Assembly: GCA_965246885.1 (NCBI GenBank)
Contig: OZ251992.1
Location: forward strand, 3,136,001 to 3,200,000
Length of the DNA stretch: 64,000 bases
Direction of reading: 5' to 3'
DNA from: Abditibacterium sp.
Lineage (GTDB): Bacteria > Armatimonadota > Abditibacteriia > Abditibacteriales > Abditibacteriaceae
The stretch's first letter is position 1. Every line of letters starts with the position of its first letter. Below are positions 13,732 to 23,593 of this stretch, piece by piece. Both the position numbers and the translations under genes were made by a program. Under the pieces are notes generated by a model, which saw only the letters and a list, made by a program, of their open reading frames with translations, was not told where the DNA came from and did not search any database.

Positions 13732-14999
13732 CATCCCACAATCTGGCGCCCGCAGACGCGCCGCCCCCCGCCGCACCCCCGCCCGACGAACGCAAAAGCG
13801 GATTACTGGAATTGGGCATCGCGCTCCTGCTTGCCGTCGTGTTCGCCGTTGCGTTTCCGGCCCTTTTCAAGACCGTCGCCATCTTCGTCGTGACTCTGGG
13901 CGTGTTGGTCTTTGTCCACGAGTGGGGCCACTTCCAGTTCGCGCGCTGGGCGGGCCTCAAAGTGAACCGCTTCGCGCTCGGCTTTCCGCCCTTCATTTAT
14001 ACCAAGCCGTACAAGGGCATCAACTATTCTATCGGCGCGCTTCCCATTGGCGGCATGGTGGACATCGCGGGCTTGGGCAGCGAAGAAGAGATGGTGTCCG
14101 AGGCACGTGGGCAAGGCGTCGCGCCCGTTCGCAACACGTCCCGTCCGCGCGGGCAGAAGCAGTTCCAAGACGTGAATCTCGGCTGGCGCTTTCTGACGCT
14201 GTTCGCGGGGCCACTGATGAACTTCATCCTTGCCATCGCGCTGTTCGTTGGCGTGTATTCTATCGCTGGACTACCCGACGCCACGCTCCGCGCCAAAGTG
14301 GACGCGCTGTCTCCCGGTCAACCCGCGCTTTTGGCGGGTATTAAAGAAGGCGACGAGATTATCGGCTACGCGGGTAAGAAGACGCCCGACCTCAACGCCG
14401 TCGCCGCCGCAATCAAAAAGAGTAACGCGGCGCCCACCACCATCACCGTCCTGCGCAACGGCAAGACGATTGATCTGCCCATTACCCCCGTCGTGCGCGA
14501 CATTCACGAGGACGGCAAGCCCGTTCCCTCGATTGGCGTCGCGTTTGACATGGAGGCAATCAAGTCGTTTACCTATGAAAAGGTGACTCCCGGCGAAGCC
14601 GTCAAGCTCGGCTTTTTGGAATCGGCGGGTGTGTCCCTCGACATCCTCTATACCATCAAGCGCGCCGTCACGCACAAACTGGCGCCCCAAGAGCAGAAGT
14701 CCATCGGCGGCCCCGTCAAGATAGCGAAAGTGATGAACACCGCCGCTGGTTTCGGATGGCCCATCCTCTTGCGCGTCGCCGCGATGCTGTCCGTTAACCT
14801 CGGTTTGCTCAACCTCATGCCCTTCCCCGCCCTTGACGGCGGGCGGATTTTGTTCTTGGGATACGAATTGGTGATGCGCCGCCCCGTTGATCCGCGCAAA
14901 GAAAGCCTCGTCCATCTCGCCGGAATGGTGATGCTACTCTCGTTTATGCTATTCATCACCCTGCGCGACGTGAACTTTTTACATTTGTTCGGGAAGTAA
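13728..14999 (+). CDS. rseP: M50 RIP metalloprotease with PDZ domain
   Basis: 'VHEWGHF', 'AGPLMNF', 'NLMPFPALDGG'; dxr-rseP-ispG synteny. Confidence 0.95.
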   Translation: MTSHNLAPADAPPPAAPPPDERKSGLLELGIALLLAVVFAVAFPALFKTVAIFVVTLGVLVFVHEWGHFQFARWAGLKVNRFALGFPPFIYTKPYKGINYSIGALPIGGMVDIAGLGSEEEMVSEARGQGVAPVRNTSRPRGQKQFQDVNLGWRFLTLFAGPLMNFILAIALFVGVYSIAGLPDATLRAKVDALSPGQPALLAGIKEGDEIIGYAGKKTPDLNAVAAAIKKSNAAPTTITVLRNGKTIDLPITPVVRDIHEDGKPVPSIGVAFDMEAIKSFTYEKVTPGEAVKLGFLESAGVSLDILYTIKRAVTHKLAPQEQKSIGGPVKIAKVMNTAAGFGWPILLRVAAMLSVNLGLLNLMPFPALDGGRILFLGYELVMRRPVDPRKESLVHLAGMVMLLSFMLFITLRDVNFLHLFGK

Positions 15000-15059
15000 T
15001 CCCGAAAAAAGACAGAGCAAACTCGCACGCCCCGCGTCTTAACCGCGCAACCCACGATT

Positions 15060-16172
15060 ATGCAATTTGAAGACTCTCTCGAAATTAAGCGTCGCCCGAC
15101 GCGCAAAGTCAAAGTCGGCAACCTCTGGATGGGCGGCGATGCGCCGATCTCCGTCCAAACGATGGCCAAGACCAAGACCGACGACGTGCGCGCGACGGTC
15201 GAACAGATACTACAGATACAGCAGGCGGGCGCCGACCTTGTCCGCGTCGCGGTGCCCGACGAAGCGGCAGCGCGCGCGCTCAAAGCGATTCGGCTCAACA
15301 TCCAAATTCCGCTTGTCGCCGACATCCACTTCAACGCCAAGTTTGCGATGATCGCCTTGGAAGGTGGCATTGACAAGCTGCGCCTGAACCCCGGCAACAT
15401 CCGCAACGAAGCGAAAATCCGCGACATCGTGCGCGCCGCCAAGGAGCGCTCCGTTCCCATCCGCATCGGCGTCAACGCGGGTTCTCTCGACCCCGACATC
15501 AAGGAGCGTTACGGCATGACGCCGCGCGCCATTGTCGAATCGGCCAAGCGCGAACTCTCCTACTTCGACAAAGAAGGCTTTGAGGACGTGGTCATCTCGC
15601 TCAAAGCGAGCGACGTGCGCACAACGGTCGCCGCCTATCGCTTGGCGGCGCTCGAATTGGGCGATTATCCGCTCCATTTGGGCGTAACGGAAGCGGGTAT
15701 CACGCGCATTGGAACCGTGAAATCGGCGATGGGCATCGGCGCGCTTCTGATGGAAGGCTTGGGCGCAACGCTGCGCGTGTCGCTGTCGGGCGATTCGGTT
15801 GAGGAAGTGAAGATTGGTTGGGACATGCTGTCGGGCCTCGAACTGCGGCGGCGCGGGCCGAACGTTATCTCTTGTCCCTCTTGCGGGCGCTGCGATATAG
15901 ACGTGGTGCCCCTCGCCATCGCGGTGAACGAGGCCATTGCGGACATCAAAGCCCCAGTTTCCATCGCCGTCATGGGCTGCGAGGTCAACGGCCCCGGCGA
16001 AGCCAAAGCCGCCGACTACGGCGTGGCAGGCGGGGACGGCTTCGCGCTCATCTTCAAGAAGGGCGAGAAAGTCGCCCGCGTTTCGACCGAAAACCAACTC
16101 CAAGCGCTGATGGACGTTATCCACGCCGACTTGGGCGAAGCCGCCACGCGCGAAGTAGCGGAAGTCGAGTAG
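15060..16172 (+). CDS. ispG: (E)-4-hydroxy-3-methylbut-2-enyl-diphosphate synthase
   Basis: 'PLVADIHF', 'RLNPGN', 'RIGVNAGSL', 'SCPSCGR', 'MGCEVNGPGEA'. Confidence 0.98.
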   Translation: MQFEDSLEIKRRPTRKVKVGNLWMGGDAPISVQTMAKTKTDDVRATVEQILQIQQAGADLVRVAVPDEAAARALKAIRLNIQIPLVADIHFNAKFAMIALEGGIDKLRLNPGNIRNEAKIRDIVRAAKERSVPIRIGVNAGSLDPDIKERYGMTPRAIVESAKRELSYFDKEGFEDVVISLKASDVRTTVAAYRLAALELGDYPLHLGVTEAGITRIGTVKSAMGIGALLMEGLGATLRVSLSGDSVEEVKIGWDMLSGLELRRRGPNVISCPSCGRCDIDVVPLAIAVNEAIADIKAPVSIAVMGCEVNGPGEAKAADYGVAGGDGFALIFKKGEKVARVSTENQLQALMDVIHADLGEAATREVAEVE

Positions 16173-16249
16173 ACCGGATGAGCCATGACCCTCGCCCGTT
16201 CTCCCCGGATTGCGCTTCTCCGTCGGCGCATTCTTGAACACTATCCGTC

Positions 16250-16876
16250 ATGCACCTTCGCAAAGCCCGCAACTCCGATGTCGGACAGATACGCTCGCTC
16301 ATCAACGAGATGGCGGCGCGCACCGATGAAGACCACAAGCATGGCCACATGTTGCCGCGCTCGCTCGTCGAACTGTACGAGCACATCCGCGACTATACGG
16401 TCTTGGCGGACGACGACAACAACGTCCTCGGTTGCTGCGCCTTGCAATCCTCGTGGGACGGCTTGGCGGAACTCAAAGCCTTAGCGGTGGACGACGCGCT
16501 GCAAGGCCAAGGCTGGGGCCGCCGCTTGGTCGAGACCGCCCTGTCGGAAGCGGGCGACTTGGGCATTGACTGTGTGTTCACGCTCACCAACAAGCACCCG
16601 TTCTTCGAGAAGCTGGGCTTCGAGATAATAGACATGCGCAAGCTCCCGCAACGCGTGTGGAGCGAGTGCACCAGTTGCGCGAAGTTTATGGTTGCGTGCG
16701 ACGAAGTGGCGATGACCTATCTGGGCACGGAGCCGCGCCAAACCTTCATCCCCGCCATTGGAGTCAACGCGAGCGCGGCGGCGCAAGCCGCCCTCGGTTT
16801 GGCCCCCGCCCAACGCGGCCCGATGAACATGAACGGCTTCCGCCCGCCCTTCGCGCCGCATGGCAATGGCGAATAA
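16250..16876 (+). CDS. GNAT N-acetyltransferase (short ArgA-like)
   Basis: 'MLPRSLVELYEHIRDY', 'QGQGWGRRLV', 'LPQRVWSECTSC'. Confidence 0.85.
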   Translation: MHLRKARNSDVGQIRSLINEMAARTDEDHKHGHMLPRSLVELYEHIRDYTVLADDDNNVLGCCALQSSWDGLAELKALAVDDALQGQGWGRRLVETALSEAGDLGIDCVFTLTNKHPFFEKLGFEIIDMRKLPQRVWSECTSCAKFMVACDEVAMTYLGTEPRQTFIPAIGVNASAAAQAALGLAPAQRGPMNMNGFRPPFAPHGNGE

Positions 16877-16947
16877 CGCACGCGCGAAGTGGCAGTGTGT
16901 CAAGGCAACAAAGGGGAGGTGGGCGCCCTTGTGTTAAACCTTTCTTC

Positions 16948-17784
16948 ATGTTCGCCCCCGTTTTGTTCGAGTCTCACTGCCACACTCCCCTGTGTGGCCA
17001 TGCTGTTGGGAAGCCAGTTGAATACGCGCGGGTGGCGTTGGAGCGGGGGTTGGCGGGCATCAACTTTACCGATCATGGGCCGAACCCGAACGGCTGGAGT
17101 CATTGCATGGCGCCCGATGAGTGGCCCGCGTATCTGGCGATGATTGAGGAGGCGCGGATGGAATACGAGGGGCGGTTAGAAGTGAAAGTTGGGGTCGAGT
17201 GCGACTTTTTGCCGTCTTTGGTAGAGTACTGGCGCGAGTGGTTGCCGACGCAGCAGCTTTCGCACGTGTTGGGGTCGGTTCACCCGCAGGTTGCCGACTA
17301 TCGCGCGCTGTATTGGACGGGGGACGCGCTCGCTTACCAGAAGACCTACTTCAAGCACCTCGCCGACGCCGCCGAAACGGGGCTGTTTGACACGCTCTCC
17401 CACCCCGATTTAGTGAAGAACACGACCCCGCCGGAATGGGACGTGAAGCGGCTGATGCCCCACATCAACCGCCAGTTAGACCGCATCCAGAAGACGGGCG
17501 TGGCGATGGAACTCAACACGTCGGGCACGCTCAAGCGCATCCCCGAAATGAACCCGGCGCCCGCCATCCTGCGTGAAATCGCCGCGCGCGACATCCCCAT
17601 TGTGCTTGGCGCCGATGCGCACGTGCCCGAACGGGTCGCCGACCGCTTCGAGGAAGCGCTGGGCTTGCTCGCCAGTTGCGGCTTCTCGCATGTCTCGTTT
17701 TTCGTGGACAGGAAGCGCCGTGAAGTCTCCATCGAAACCGCGCGGTGCAGCCTGCAAAAAGCGCAACTGGCGCTTTTCGGGTGA
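16948..17784 (+). CDS. HisJ-family PHP histidinol-phosphatase
   Basis: 'HCHTPLCGHA', 'FTDH', 'LGSVH', 'HPDLVK', 'ELNTSG', 'GADAH'. Confidence 0.88.
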   Translation: MFAPVLFESHCHTPLCGHAVGKPVEYARVALERGLAGINFTDHGPNPNGWSHCMAPDEWPAYLAMIEEARMEYEGRLEVKVGVECDFLPSLVEYWREWLPTQQLSHVLGSVHPQVADYRALYWTGDALAYQKTYFKHLADAAETGLFDTLSHPDLVKNTTPPEWDVKRLMPHINRQLDRIQKTGVAMELNTSGTLKRIPEMNPAPAILREIAARDIPIVLGADAHVPERVADRFEEALGLLASCGFSHVSFFVDRKRREVSIETARCSLQKAQLALFG

Positions 17785-17862
17785 AGGGGCGCAGGTGGCA
17801 ACTGCTCGCCTTTGCCACACGCTTCCGCGCTTTCCATCGGCACAAGTAAATAAACTCTTGAC

Positions 17863-17967
17863 GCGCGTGTGCCGACGATTCCCGCGACTGCGCCGACGGT
17901 TCCCGCGACTGCGCCGACGGTTCCCGCGACTGCGCGAATCGTCGGCGCGCGTGCGTCGGTTGTTGCC
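17863..17967 (+). repeat. 21-bp unit array, locus B
   Basis: gcgcgtgtgccgacgattccc, gcgactgcgccgacggttccc x2, two degenerate units. Confidence 0.85.
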
Positions 17968-18002
17968 GCATGCCGTTATTTCGCCGGGCGGGGGCGATGC
18001 GT

Positions 18003-19403
18003 TTACGTCCCCGTCAATTTGCGGATTTCGTCGGGGCTAAGTCCCCCCGTCCCGCCGTCGCCCATCGCGGCGGTGCGCACGGTTTTGGTGCGCACGCCCA
18101 AGGCAACCGTTTTGTTGGTGGCGACGGAAATGGTGCCGGTTTTGTCGAGTTCGTCCAAGGCGCCTTGGAGCATTTGCGTAGCGGCGCCGTTGCCGATGCG
18201 TTGCGTCATACCCGCCGCGATTTGCAATGTTTGGCGCGCTTGGCCGGGGTTGAGCGCGACGGTGCGCATCGCTTCGCCGACCATCTTGCCCACGTTCTTC
18301 TGCTGAACGTAAGAGATGACTTCCGGGTCAACTTGGGCGGTCGCGGCTTCGTCGGGCGTGAAGAGGACGAACAAATCTTGCGGCGGGAACTCCGTCACTT
18401 TGTTCAAACCGGGCGCCGTTGCGACCAAGCCGACTTGCGCGACGCGGGCGCGGGCCGGGGGGCGCTCCAAGCCGGAAATCGTCATCTCGATGATGAACAC
18501 GGTAAAGTCGCCGCGCTCGATGTTGCCGAGCAAGAACGGCTTTTGCGCCGTGTCTACATCGTTCAAACTGGGCGCGACGCGCGAGATGGAGTCAATGGAG
18601 ACGCCCTTGACAGTCGAGATGGTGGCGCGCAGGTTGGTCACGACTTCGCGGGCGGTTTGGGCGACTTCGGCACCGATGAGGGCAGCGAAATCTTGAATGT
18701 CGCGGATGCCGTACGGCTTGCCCAAAGTCGCGTCGGCCAGTTGTTTGAGCAAGTCGTCGTTGTATTCCTCGCCAAAACCCACGCCGATGAAGGGGATGTT
18801 GAGGCGTGCGAATTCGGGCATCGCCGCGATGCACTCTTCCTCGTCAAAAGTGGCGCCGTCGGTGAAGACGATGGCGCGCTTGGCGACTTCCGGCCCCAAT
18901 TTGCCCAGCTCGCCCAAGGCGGTTTGGAGGCCCTTGCCCATGTGCGTGCCGCCCGCATAATCGCGCAAAAGTTCGATGGCCGCGTGGATTCCGGCGCGGT
19001 TGGAAACCGGCGTGAGCGGCAGCAAAACGCGCGCGTCGTCGTCGAAATGCACGAGGGCGATGCGGTCGTTGGGTGCGAAGTGGGGATCGTCCACCATCGC
19101 GTGTGCGGCGGAGATGGCTTGGTCAAGGAGAGTGGGCAGGTTCAGGTCGTAGCCCTTGTAAGTCCCGCCGTCCACGACGTTGCCGATGGGCGCGGCGTTT
19201 TTGGCGAGTTGCCGCGCGGCGTCTTGATCGGCGAAGGCTTGCATCGAGGCGGAGGTATCAATCACAAGCGCAAGCGCAAGCGGCGCGCGGGTGGCGGCAG
19301 CTTCGGCGTCGGGGATGAGCTTGAGCATCGCAAACAGTTTCTGCGCTTCCGTCGAGCCGCTTTTGAGGGCGTTGCGGTGCGGTTTGAGTTGAATGTTGAG
19401 CAT
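18003..19403 (-). CDS. vWA domain protein
   Basis: MIDAS 'DTSAS', 'GGT', 'FTDG', 'GFGEEYN'. Confidence 0.9.
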   Translation of the reverse strand: MLNIQLKPHRNALKSGSTEAQKLFAMLKLIPDAEAAATRAPLALALVIDTSASMQAFADQDAARQLAKNAAPIGNVVDGGTYKGYDLNLPTLLDQAISAAHAMVDDPHFAPNDRIALVHFDDDARVLLPLTPVSNRAGIHAAIELLRDYAGGTHMGKGLQTALGELGKLGPEVAKRAIVFTDGATFDEEECIAAMPEFARLNIPFIGVGFGEEYNDDLLKQLADATLGKPYGIRDIQDFAALIGAEVAQTAREVVTNLRATISTVKGVSIDSISRVAPSLNDVDTAQKPFLLGNIERGDFTVFIIEMTISGLERPPARARVAQVGLVATAPGLNKVTEFPPQDLFVLFTPDEAATAQVDPEVISYVQQKNVGKMVGEAMRTVALNPGQARQTLQIAAGMTQRIGNGAATQMLQGALDELDKTGTISVATNKTVALGVRTKTVRTAAMGDGGTGGLSPDEIRKLTGT

Positions 19404-19409
19404 TGGAAT

Positions 19410-21656
19410 TTAAGTCGCAGCCGTGTCGCCCTCACCCGCAACGGCCACCGCGATGGGCGCGGTTTCGCCCAATTGGAAGATGTAGGCGGTCGCGTTGTCC
19501 GGCCCGCGCGCGCGCATCGCGGCGGCGAGCAGTTGGTGAGCGGCTTCTTCGAGCGAGTCGCTGTCGTCTATGATTGTCCGCATCTCGTCTTCCAGCACCG
19601 GCTCCCAAACGCCGTCCGAGAACGCGAGGAGAATATCGCCGGTTTGCAGTTCGAGCGACGCGGTCTTCATCTCGACTTCCAAGCCGTCCACGAAGTAGTC
19701 TGGCATCGGGTGGCGGTCGCCGAGGGAGCGCGTGATTTTGGAGCGGTCGGGATGTTCGCGCATCTCTTCGCGCGTGATTTCGCCCTGCAACACGAGGCTC
19801 ATCACGAACGAGTGGTCGCGGGTGAGGGGCGTTAACTCGTCGCCGCGCAGGAGGTAGGTGCGGCAGTCACCCACGTGCGCAAGCGTCAGGCGGCGGTCAA
19901 TGACCAGCCCGCACACGAGGGTGCACCCGCCGCGCGCGCCGATTGCGTTCATCGCTTCGACGGCGCGGCGGTTCGCTTCGCGCGTCCACGTCTTGGGGAG
20001 CGAGACGTGCTCGGCTTCGGACAATGGCTTGCCATCGAAGGCGGCGCCCCATAAGGCGGCGTCCTTGAGGAGCGAGGCGACGGCGGTTTGCGAGGCGACT
20101 TCGCCCGACGCCATGCCGCCCATGCCGTCCGAAACGACCCATGCCGTCCACGCGACGGCGCCCTCTTCTCCCGCCTTTTGGCCGCGCACTTCGCCCCACG
20201 CGTCTTGGTTGGTGGTGCGTCCCGGCTCCAAACCGATGGTGGTGTCGCCCGCCGATTCGTGGCGCGCGAGGGGCTTGAGGCGCGCGCGAAGTCGCACCAA
20301 GTCGAAGTGAAGCGCCGCCATGTCGGAGTAGCGCGCAGAGGGTGGGCCGAGCGTCTTGGCAAGTATCTGGGGCGCGCCGGGGAGCAGGATGTGCGGCGCA
20401 AAGGTCGCTTCGTCCCAGCCGGTTTCGGGCACGCCCGCGCCCGTCACCACGCGCAGGAGTAAGGCGCCAACAGAGTAAACATCGGCGCGCGCATCGAGCG
20501 GGGCACCCGCCAACAGTTCCGGCGCCCCATAGCCCGCGAAACTCACCGGTGCGGCGGGGGTTTGGCCAAGCGGCGAGAGCGACTCAAAGCCGCCCAGCTT
20601 GACCGGCTTGCCCAAGACAATCGCTTCGGGCCGCAACGCGCCGTGCACAAAACCCGCTTTATGCAAGCCCGCGAGCGCGGCGGCGGCTTGGGTAATGGTG
20701 GAAAGCGCATCCGCGAGGGGCGCGGCGCCCGCCAACTGCGACGCGAAAGTTTGCGCCGCGTCGCCCGCAACGTCGGCAAGGTAAACGCGCTCGGATGCGG
20801 TGCCAAACGCGGCGGGCGGCGGGATTTGCGGCGAGTTGATGGCGCGGCGCGCGGCTTCTTCGCGGGCCAACTGCGCGGAGGAAGTGGAACCCTGTGCCGC
20901 TTCGCGCAGGAGGAGCGCGTTTCCGGCGCCGTCCTGCGCGCGGTAAAAGTTGACTTCGCCGCGCGGCGCGAGAAGTTCCGTGACGGTCAGTTCAGATGTC
21001 TCGCCCGCGCCCAGCGTCACGTGCGCGCCGACTTCCAAGGGCGTGGGCGCAAGGGCGGGAAGCGGCTCGACGTATTCTTCGAGATTGCCTTCGGCATCGA
21101 GCGCGGCGGGCGAGGGCGTGACAGCAACGAGCGGCGATTCGGCGGAGAAGGGCGCGGCTGGTGCGGCTTCATCTGCGCGCGTTTCGCTGGTCTGCGCGTC
21201 GGGCGAGATGGTTTCCAGTTGCGCCGCGAAGGGGTCGAACTCGTCGGGCAACGGCAGGGCGTCGTCGGACAGTGACGCGGGAACGGGAACTGCCGGAGCG
21301 ACGGATTCGGAAGCGGTGGGCGCGGGTGTGAGTTCCATGAGCAAAGCGTCGGGCATCGGCTTATCGGGTGCGCCGTCCGTTTCCGAGCGAGGTACTAAGA
21401 TGTCGCCCACGTCGGGCAGTGCGTTCTTGGGCACGAGCAAGTCGTTGGCTTCGCTGGCCAATTCGCTTGCCGAAAGGTCGTCTTCAACGGACGCCGCCAC
21501 ACCCTCGCCCATCGCGTGGGTGGCGCCACTGAGATTGCGTGTTGCGTCCGCCAAGTTGATATAAGAACTGCGGCGACGGCGCTTTCCCCCACTGCCTTGA
21601 GGCGCTGAGGAGCGGTCTGCGTCGTCCTTGTGGAGGAAGCGGTCGAGTAAACCCAT
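19410..21656 (-). CDS. Degenerate Ser/Thr kinase domain fused to PP2C phosphatase
   Basis: Kinase-like 'VHGALRPEAI...GYGAPE...ADVYSVG'; PP2C 'NQD', 'SDGMGG', 'HVGDCR', 'SDG', 'DNAT'. Confidence 0.88.
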   Translation of the reverse strand: MGLLDRFLHKDDADRSSAPQGSGGKRRRRSSYINLADATRNLSGATHAMGEGVAASVEDDLSASELASEANDLLVPKNALPDVGDILVPRSETDGAPDKPMPDALLMELTPAPTASESVAPAVPVPASLSDDALPLPDEFDPFAAQLETISPDAQTSETRADEAAPAAPFSAESPLVAVTPSPAALDAEGNLEEYVEPLPALAPTPLEVGAHVTLGAGETSELTVTELLAPRGEVNFYRAQDGAGNALLLREAAQGSTSSAQLAREEAARRAINSPQIPPPAAFGTASERVYLADVAGDAAQTFASQLAGAAPLADALSTITQAAAALAGLHKAGFVHGALRPEAIVLGKPVKLGGFESLSPLGQTPAAPVSFAGYGAPELLAGAPLDARADVYSVGALLLRVVTGAGVPETGWDEATFAPHILLPGAPQILAKTLGPPSARYSDMAALHFDLVRLRARLKPLARHESAGDTTIGLEPGRTTNQDAWGEVRGQKAGEEGAVAWTAWVVSDGMGGMASGEVASQTAVASLLKDAALWGAAFDGKPLSEAEHVSLPKTWTREANRRAVEAMNAIGARGGCTLVCGLVIDRRLTLAHVGDCRTYLLRGDELTPLTRDHSFVMSLVLQGEITREEMREHPDRSKITRSLGDRHPMPDYFVDGLEVEMKTASLELQTGDILLAFSDGVWEPVLEDEMRTIIDDSDSLEEAAHQLLAAAMRARGPDNATAYIFQLGETAPIAVAVAGEGDTAAT

Positions 21657-21685
21657 GATGGAAAGCAGCTTGCGAGCGCAAACGT

Positions 21686-22465
21686 TTAAACGGTCGAAAA
21701 TTCAAAGCGGGCGTTACCAAAAGCGACTTCATCCCCATTGGACAAGGCGGTTTCGCCCGTGACGCGCGCGAAGCCGCTCGCATTTTTGACGAAAGTGCCG
21801 TTGCGCGACCCCAAGTCCTTGACCATCCACTGCCCATCGCGCAGGTTAATCTCGGCGTGGTGACGGGAAATGTAGACGGCTTCGGGCAGTTGCGCCATGT
21901 CCACATCCACCGGCCCGGATTCCGGGTCGAAGCGGCCAACGGTTGCGCTTGGCCCGATGGAAAACACATCGCCTGTCGGTGCGCCGCCGCGCTTGAGCGT
22001 CAGTTTCGCCGTCCCAATGCCCGTTGGGGCGAGGGGTGCGGCGGGCGCGGGCGCGGCGGGCGAGGGGTCAATGACCGTTGTAGGCGCCGCCGAAGCGGGC
22101 GCGGCTTCGGGCGCGGGCGTTGGAGCAACGGCTTTGTCAAGATCAAAATCCCACTGGCTTCCGGCGAAGGGGTCGTGCGCGACTGCGCTCGCGGCGGAAG
22201 CCGGAGTGGACACTTCTGCCCCGGCTTTGGGCGCGGACTCATCGGCGAAGTCGAAGGCGGAGGGCGACGGGACGGCGGGCGCCCCGATGTCGGTGACGTG
22301 CGTCGGCGCTTCGGTGGCGTGCGTCGGTGACGGCGCGGCGGACGCCCCTACGGGCGTGGCGGGATGCGCTGGAGCGGCGGCGTGCGTGGGCAGTTCCATG
22401 CCGCAGTCGGCGCAAACGGTCGCGCCTTCGGGATTGAGACTTCCACAAGTGGGGCATTGTTGCAT
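21686..22465 (-). CDS. Zinc-ribbon plus FHA domain protein
   Basis: 'CPTCG...CADCG'; FHA 'VGR...ISRHHA...DLGSRNGTFV'. Confidence 0.92.
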   Translation of the reverse strand: MQQCPTCGSLNPEGATVCADCGMELPTHAAAPAHPATPVGASAAPSPTHATEAPTHVTDIGAPAVPSPSAFDFADESAPKAGAEVSTPASAASAVAHDPFAGSQWDFDLDKAVAPTPAPEAAPASAAPTTVIDPSPAAPAPAAPLAPTGIGTAKLTLKRGGAPTGDVFSIGPSATVGRFDPESGPVDVDMAQLPEAVYISRHHAEINLRDGQWMVKDLGSRNGTFVKNASGFARVTGETALSNGDEVAFGNARFEFSTV

Positions 22466-22504
22466 AATCGAACCTTTATTTTCCCATAATCGCGGGGAAG
22501 TCAA

Positions 22505-23554
22505 TCAGGCGGCGTTTTCGTTGTTGGCGGGCACGGCGCGGTCAGCGATGTGGGCGAAGGGAACCCGCCCCGCGTCGCCGTCCAACTGCGCGCCGGACAG
22601 TGTGGCATCGCCCTCGTCGCCATCTGTTGGCGCGGGCATGAAGCGTGTACCAAAGCCCAGCACGTCGCCCGCCAAGTTGGGGAACAGGCGATAGAGTAGC
22701 GCCGCCCACGCGATGGGCGCGGGAAAGGTGAGCGCGGGGTCGCCGTAACGCATGGCGTCTACGATGAGTTTGGCGGCGACGGGTGCGGGCACGGCGACGG
22801 GCGAAACAGCGCCCAGTTTGAACATCTTGTATTCGGCGCCTTGGCGTCCTTTGAAGGTAGCATGAACGTGCGATCCGGTGCGGATGATGCCGGGGCAAAC
22901 GGTCGTGACGCGCACGCCGTCCTTAGCCACCTCGTGTCGCATGGCGTCAGACAAACCGACCAGCCCAAATTTGGAAGCGGCATAAGGCGCCATGTGCGGT
23001 ACGGCGACCAGCCCGCCGAACGAGGCAATGTTGGCGATGCGTCCGACGCGGCCCTTCTTTAAATAGGGGAGCGCGGCCCGCGACAAGTAAAGCGGCGCCC
23101 AAATGTGCAGGTCAATGGCGGCTTTGAAATCGGCGTCGCTTTGGTGTTCGAGCGGCCCGACTTGAATGACGCCCGCGTTGTTGATGAGGGCATCCAAGGA
23201 GCCGAAGTGCTCGGAAGCGGCTTTAACGGCGCGCTCGCAGTCGGCCTTTTGGGTCACGTCCGCCACAATCGTCAGGACGCGCGCGCCCTGCTCTTCGAGT
23301 TCGGCTTTGGCCCTTGCCAACTCATCGGCTTTGCGGGCGACCAGCACCAAGTTGGCGCCTTGGCTGGCCAACTCGCGGGCGATGCTCAAGCCCAAGCCGC
23401 GCGCGCCGCCAGAGATGAGCACGGTGCGCCCGCGAAAATCAACCGCGTGCCGCGCGCGTAGCAAGCGCAGAAGCGCCAAGGTGCCGCCAATGAGGAGAGC
23501 TAAATGGGCAAAGGAAAACCCCGTCTTGGACGGGGCGGAAGGACGAGCGTTCAT
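22505..23554 (-). CDS. SDR family oxidoreductase
   Basis: 'GGARGLG', 'NNAG', 'YAASK'. Confidence 0.92.
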   Translation of the reverse strand: MNARPSAPSKTGFSFAHLALLIGGTLALLRLLRARHAVDFRGRTVLISGGARGLGLSIARELASQGANLVLVARKADELARAKAELEEQGARVLTIVADVTQKADCERAVKAASEHFGSLDALINNAGVIQVGPLEHQSDADFKAAIDLHIWAPLYLSRAALPYLKKGRVGRIANIASFGGLVAVPHMAPYAASKFGLVGLSDAMRHEVAKDGVRVTTVCPGIIRTGSHVHATFKGRQGAEYKMFKLGAVSPVAVPAPVAAKLIVDAMRYGDPALTFPAPIAWAALLYRLFPNLAGDVLGFGTRFMPAPTDGDEGDATLSGAQLDGDAGRVPFAHIADRAVPANNENAA

Positions 23555-23593
23555 GGCCCCGAACTGCGGGCGAGTTCGGGGCCAAAGGGCGCC

